The position numbers and the translations under genes were made by a program. Below are positions 58,361 to 64,000 of a stretch of 64,000 bases of DNA, piece by piece. Numbering within the stretch: the first letter of the stretch is position 1; every line of letters begins with the position of its first letter. This DNA is from Vicugna vicugna (taxonomy: Eukaryota), in the NCBI GenBank assembly GCA_013265495.1, contig MU058669.1:62001-126000 (forward strand). Reading direction: 5' to 3'. The notes below the pieces were generated by a model, which was not told where the DNA came from, ran no database searches, and saw only the letters and a program-made list of their open reading frames with translations.

Positions 58361-61184
58361 CTGTGTGTGGAGCGCCCCAAGGAAGGCTCCGAGGGCTTCC
58401 CTGCCTGTCCGGGAGGCTGGCTCCTCTCCAGAACCCTGGGATGTTGGGCAGAAGCTGGGAGGCAGGCCTGGCAGGTCTGACCGCCAGGCTGAGGCCTTTG
58501 TATCCATCTTCCTCCTTCATGTGGCTCTCTGAGAGGAGAACACCCATCTTCCTGGTGCCTTCTGGCGGCAACTGGAATAACCTCACCCGCCGCTGTCCTC
58601 TGGGAAGACCTGCCGGGCATGCTCTGGTCTCCCTGGGACTGGGGATTTGTCAGAGAATCTGGGAATTATGGAGCCAGCTGCATCCATTTCCTCCTCTCTC
58701 TGTGATTTTTCTTCTCTTCCCTCCTTCCTTCATCGCTGGCTCTCCTCCTCCTGGACTGTGCTCACCCCGCCCCCACCCACATCCCACCCCAAGTCGGCTT
58801 CCTCCTGATTCCTCAGCCTCCCAGGCCACCCTCACCTGGTGGCCCTTGGCAGAGCAAGGGACAGTCCAGAGCCCAAGGTTGCCTTGGAGACAGAGGCAAG
58901 AAAAGTCTAAACTGACTTCTTTGGAGCCGAGTAGAAATTATCCAGAGCTGGTTTCTCCTCCCACCTTCCAGCGAGCCTTGTTCTTGTCCGTGGCCTGGAT
59001 ACATTATTGTATTTTGCTTTAATTGCATTAAAGCAAATGACTATGTCACCCTGTGGTTTCGATCAGGTCAGGGATCTGATAATCAATCCTGGCACAGTCT
59101 AGACGGGAGTCACTTTGAAGCTGTTTTTAGCAGGATGAGAACAAACAATTTTGCCAAAGTGGTCACATTAGGCAAACAGGCTGGTGTGTCATCTTTTTGG
59201 GAGGGAGCGTGCCCTGGCTCCAGGCAGCCTGCTGAGTGACCCCCAGGCCCCCAGGAGGAAAGAGGACTGCACCTCCTGGGACGCAAAGAACTTGATGCAG
59301 AGATTCCACAGGCTTAGGTCTCCCAAGATGTGAAACCTGTTCCAGGTGCCTCTTCCAGGAAGCCAATCCTGACTGATGCCACCTGGCTTGGGGCCGAAAG
59401 GTAGTATCGTGCAGTGTGAGATGGCTGGTCAGAGAGATGGAAGAAAGATGGAAGCCGTACAGGGCACTGCAAGAGGTGGGATCACGTCCTGCAAAATTAC
59501 TCTCTCTTCTGTTCTCTTTCAGTCCTTCAGATTTCACCAAGAGCAAAGCCGCAGTGTTGTCTAGTCTGTCTCTAACAGGGCTCCAATGTTTGCTAATCTA
59601 CCCTTTTAACAGAGAGAGCAGGATTGGGGCTCTGCAAGGTGCTAAAATGTAGCTAGATTTCAATAACAGTATTTTGTTTTCCTTGTATTAACTTCCTACA
59701 GTCTTTTTCAAACAATACCGGTTTTCCCCTGGATGGAAAGTGAACCATTGTTGAAGCACAGTAAGGTGGAGGAGAAGTCAGGAGCCGAAGGAGGACTTTG
59801 GGAGGCAAGGCTTGGGGATCTCACACACAGGACCCATGCCAGCTCCGCACTCACCTGCCTGTGTGACTTTGGGCAGATCGCTTGGCTCTCTGAGCCTCGG
59901 TTTCTCCAGGTAAAATGGAGTTGACGATGTTCTGCACAGGGCTATAGTGAGGATTTTCTGAGAGTGTAAGCCTGCAGCATCCAGACGGTGCTTGGTGTGG
60001 TGTCTGCACTCTGCCTGGTGGCCTTGCTCCTTACAGAGGGCTCATTCCCCTCCGCCATTCTCAGAGCCTTTGCTGGTCCCTCAGGTGAAATGGACTAGGC
60101 TGCAGGTTCAGAGGAAACAAAAGAATCCTGGAGCTCCCAGCCATGCTCCACCCAGCTCGAGCTCCCAGCCTTGGGCTTGCCCCGTCCCTGTGCTAGGCAT
60201 CAATTTCCCCACCTGTCAGCAGAGGCTCTGATGAAATGATTTTAAGATCCCTTGCTCTGATATAAGAACATTTTGGAGTTACAATTCCACAAGAGAAGGC
60301 AGGTTAGAAATGCAGACTCTCAGGCCCTACTCAGAGCTCCTGAATCAGAATCTTCATTTTAACAAGATATCCAGCACTTGAAAAGCACTGATATATACCA
60401 CCAGTCTGAAACAAAGAGTTGTAGATGCTTTTACATCTTCAGATATATTTATAGATTTCTCAGGAATTTAAAAACAATGAACATATCATTTTTTCCTCAA
60501 AACAATAAAGCTGTTACAAAAATGTTAAATGAACCCAACCCAGTTCAGAGAAGAAATGATTTATGGAAACCTGGTCAACAGTTTTCCCAGGAAATTTTCC
60601 TTCTGTGTAAGGTAGGGTTCCCCACTTTCCATAGGTTAGCCTCTTTCTAGCAAGTGTCTCCCTCATGCCTGATTCCTGGAGGGCTGTGTGTGTGTGTCTT
60701 TATGTGTGTGTGTATGGTGTGTGTGTGGTGTGTGTGTGACTGTGTCTTGTAGCTGATCCACTGAGCAGGAACTTCAGCCAAGTCAGCAAAACCAGGATGG
60801 AAAAAAAACTAGATTCCTAAGGGCTTCAGTGTAAGCCTGGGGAGCTTGGGCAACCAGCCCTCAGATAAACCGGGGCAGCGCGCACTGCGGATTAGTCAGG
60901 CATCCTGGCTTTCCCGTTGGGCCCACCTCCTTCAGGGCTTCCTGCCTCTCCCTCTCGTCTAGCTGGGGTCCTCTGTTTCTCCTCATCTCCAAAACAAAGC
61001 CCCAAACACTGGGCTATCCATTTCAAGGAATTTATCCCCAAGAAGCGATCCCGATGTAGGCAAAGATCTTCCTACAAGAATGTTCATCACATGCTGTTGA
61101 TAAGAGTGAGAAGCCAGAAAAAAAAAATCCAAGTGTCCAAGAATAGGGGCCCGAGGTCACTTTGTGATGTATTTCATTCCCGGA

Positions 61185-61410
61185 GGCAGTGCCTGGGAGT
61201 GGGTCAGCAGTTACATGCCGGAGTCGGCAGGTCTGGACTTGAGAGAGATTTTAAGCAAGTTATTTAGCCTCTCCAAGCCTCACTTTCTTCAGCTGTGAAA
61301 TGGGGGTGATAAGAATACCCAATTCATTTTCTTGTCCTGAGGATCAAATGAGGACACACATGGAAAATGATTAACACTGCGCCTGGCGCACAGTAAGCTC
61401 TTGGTAAATG
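61185..61410 (+). mobile_element. MIR SINE (one of >25 MIR fragments in the window)
   Basis: 'caagttatttagcctctccaagcctcac...gtgaaatggggg...gaggatcaaatgag...gcctggcgcacagtaagctc'. Confidence 0.8.
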
Positions 61411-62519
61411 GTGGTTTGCTGTGCGCCTGTTCAGATATAGACCAATGTTGGAGATGAACATTAATGACATGGAAATATATGTATGGCACAGGGAAAGTGA
61501 AAAAAGCAGATTATAACTCAGCATAATCCATTTTGTAAGCATATGTGTACATATTCACATTTAACATGGCATGGAATCGATAAACACAAAGTGGAGATGT
61601 GGTTGCTACCAGAACAGGAAATGTCTGGCCACCGGGTAACCCCTTCTCATTTTTCAGGCTCACTTCCATCCTCTCTGCCTGTGAGTGCCAGGGAAAATCA
61701 GATTTGGATCGATTTTTGATAAGGACCATAAAGATAAAACAAAAGCGGTTCCAGGTGAGTGCTTGCTAAGAGCCAGCTACCTTCTAGCTTTGCTCATCTA
61801 TTGTTCACAACCACCTGAGGTGGGTACAATTATCTCCATTTTACAGATGAGGAAACTGAGGCACAAAGGAGCTGAGTAGTAATTTGTCCAAGGAGTCACA
61901 GCCAAAAGAGGTTAGAAGATAGTTTCCATCCCAGGCTCTTAATTACTATGCAGTCCTACCCCTCAGGCATCTCATTTACAAACAAGGAAACTAAGGCCCA
62001 GAGAAGCAGGGCATCTGGCTCAACGCCACACAACAAAGCAATGGCAGAGGAGGAATTAGGACTAAGCATCCTGAGGCCCAGGATTTGAGGCTCCACAGTG
62101 CCCCCTTCAGGCAACCTGAGACCACATGGCCACTTGATTCCTGGGCTGTGGGAAGGGTGCCCAGGCAGCTAGAGTTTGCACTCCTCTGCACACAACCAGA
62201 GGGCGGGGAAGCCAAGGAGACAGCCCATAGACTGCCTGCACCTTCGCCCCGGAGCACAGCCTCCACCCTCTAAATCCTGTCATTAAAGGCAAATGTAATC
62301 CATATGGTTCTGATTCATTTACACTTAAATCTTCAAAATACTGGGTTCTAAGAGCTGTTACTTACAAAGCCTTCAGAACCTGTCAAAATTAAGATTCAAC
62401 TCTTCCACTCCCCTTTCCCCATGTGGACTGGAGCTCACACCAGCATCTGGCTGGGCTGAAAAGAAACTCACACGTTCAGACTCGGAAACTTGTATGTGGA
62501 TACAGGAGACAGTTTTCAG

Positions 62520-62860
62520 GACATTCAGAGCAGCATTGTGTGCAATCCCCAAAGTTGAAAACAATGTACATATCGATAATAAGAGATGGATGAATAAATT
62601 GTGGCAAATTCATACAATGTGATCAGAGGAACCTCACAAACATATTATTGAGGGAAAACAAAACAAGTTGCAGATGAATCCATAATATGATACCAATTAT
62701 GCAAAACTTAAAAACACTGAAAATCATTATATGCAAATATATAAGCTACCTTGGAAAAATTTCTCTTTTAGCCTGGTAGTATGTACATGGATGCTTGTCC
62801 TATCATGCATACATTTTTGTATAATTTTGAAAAGCTATGTAATAAAAATTTCAAAAAACC
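62520..62860 (+). mobile_element. Old L1 (L1ME-like) 3' UTR
   Basis: 'gcagcattgtgtgcaatccccaaagttgaaaacaa...gatgaataaattgtgg...tatgataccaattatgcaaaacttaaaaaca'. Confidence 0.7.
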
Positions 62861-63569
62861 CTAGACTTAGCATGTCAAAGAAAGTTATATGTTGAGTTCA
62901 ATTCCCTTATTTCTCAGAGGGGGAGAAGGAAAGCCTTTAGTATTTGTTAATTACATAACATTTACTGAATACTTACTTGCCAAGCACGCCTTTTTTTCAT
63001 TTAAATTCCACACCACTGCATTGGAGGATATGCTATTACCATTTTCATTTCACAGATAAGGCACGGGAGATTCAGAAACTTCCACAACATCATGCAGCTT
63101 GCAAACCACACGGTTGGAATACAAGTCACAGACTTGAGGCTCCCAAGCTCACACAACAGCTCATGTGTTGCTGACACCAGCACCGTTGTTTGGACTTCCC
63201 CCACAATTCTCTGAGTTAGGTTTTATTATCACCAGTTTTATAGATGAGGAAACTGAGGCCCTGAGTGGTCAAGTGATTTGCTAATGGGTGCTCAGGGAGT
63301 TATTCCACAGAGACCAGGACTCCTTCTATACCAGGCCTTGTCTGGAAGATCTGGGGTGGGGGAGTACAACCATGTTTACTCTTACCTTCCACTGTTTTGA
63401 AGCTCTAGGCTGTTTGGTTACTTCCAAGGGCCTCATTCAAAGCCCTCAATGTCACCTTGGCCAGGTTTGGGGCACAGAGTTGTATAGAAGGGGAGGACCC
63501 GGTGAACCTTGAAGGTCTTGCAGCCAAAGGAGCCATCCTCAACTCCACTTTTCATTCAGGACAGCATCT

Positions 63570-64000
63570 AACCTATCAGTCCAGGTGCCTGCAGGAAACA
63601 AGTGGCACATTCAAACTGGGTGATGGGAGGAGAGTTTAATAAAAGGACTATCCACAAATTTATGAGCAGAGCTTAGAAAAAGCAACCAATTAACAGTGTA
63701 GGACTCTGGGGCTGGCAAGGGCAGGGATCTGTCACCACCCAGGTCTGATGGGTGGAGGGAGGAGCCACTACCCACCCGAGAGGGGCAGCTAGTGCTGAGT
63801 GGGCTGCCTGATGAGAGCTGTGCCCTTGGTGGAGGGCTCAGCCAAACCTGCAAGAAGGAGGTCGAGGAAATATACCCCACTCTCACACTCCTCCTTCCCT
63901 CAGATCCCTTGCCAGGATTCCTTTTGACCAGACTTCTTTTGGTGCAACCCAACAGGAAACTGGGTAAAGAAGACTCTTGATGGAGGTCATACAGCTCAGC
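63570..64000. mobile_element. Ancient MaLR LTR (MLT1N/O-like), runs off the window
   Basis: 'caggaaacaagtggcacattcaaactgggtga...gagagtttaataaaaggacta'. Confidence 0.5.

Noticed and set aside
58267..59022. Longest ORF (251 aa, +)
   Set aside because: Starts at a non-ATG codon inside an MLT1 LTR; low-complexity Pro/Leu/Ser content; no recognisable domain.

Overview
Mammalian genomic DNA, not prokaryotic. It is very probably camelid (alpaca/llama/camel), because 12 copies of a tRNA-Ala-derived SINE matching the camelid vic-1 type are present, alongside artiodactyl-type L1 3' ends. I found no credible host protein-coding exon: the only recognisable peptides are LINE-1 ORF2 remnants, and the other long ORFs are explained by repeats or GC-rich sequence. 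The window looks like an intergenic region or large intron. It is densely filled with MIR, L2, L1, MaLR (MLT1/MLT2), hAT DNA transposons, two ERV1-type solo LTRs and microsatellites, and it has one 125-N gap whose flanks duplicate each other. The non-repeat signals worth follow-up are: (i) a CpG-island promoter near 29.0 kb with 2x CCAAT, TATA and Inr at canonical spacing but no visible coding partner; (ii) a second CpG-rich element at 20.4-21.0 kb; (iii) five near-consensus CTCF motifs; (iv) several PBX-HOX and posterior-HOX motif clusters that suggest developmental enhancers; (v) a U6 snRNA/L1-like chimeric retrocopy with target-site duplications (TSDs). I could not identify the locus or gene, and I see no evidence for a new multi-gene biological system. 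Repeat family names are from recall, and boundaries without TSDs are approximate.
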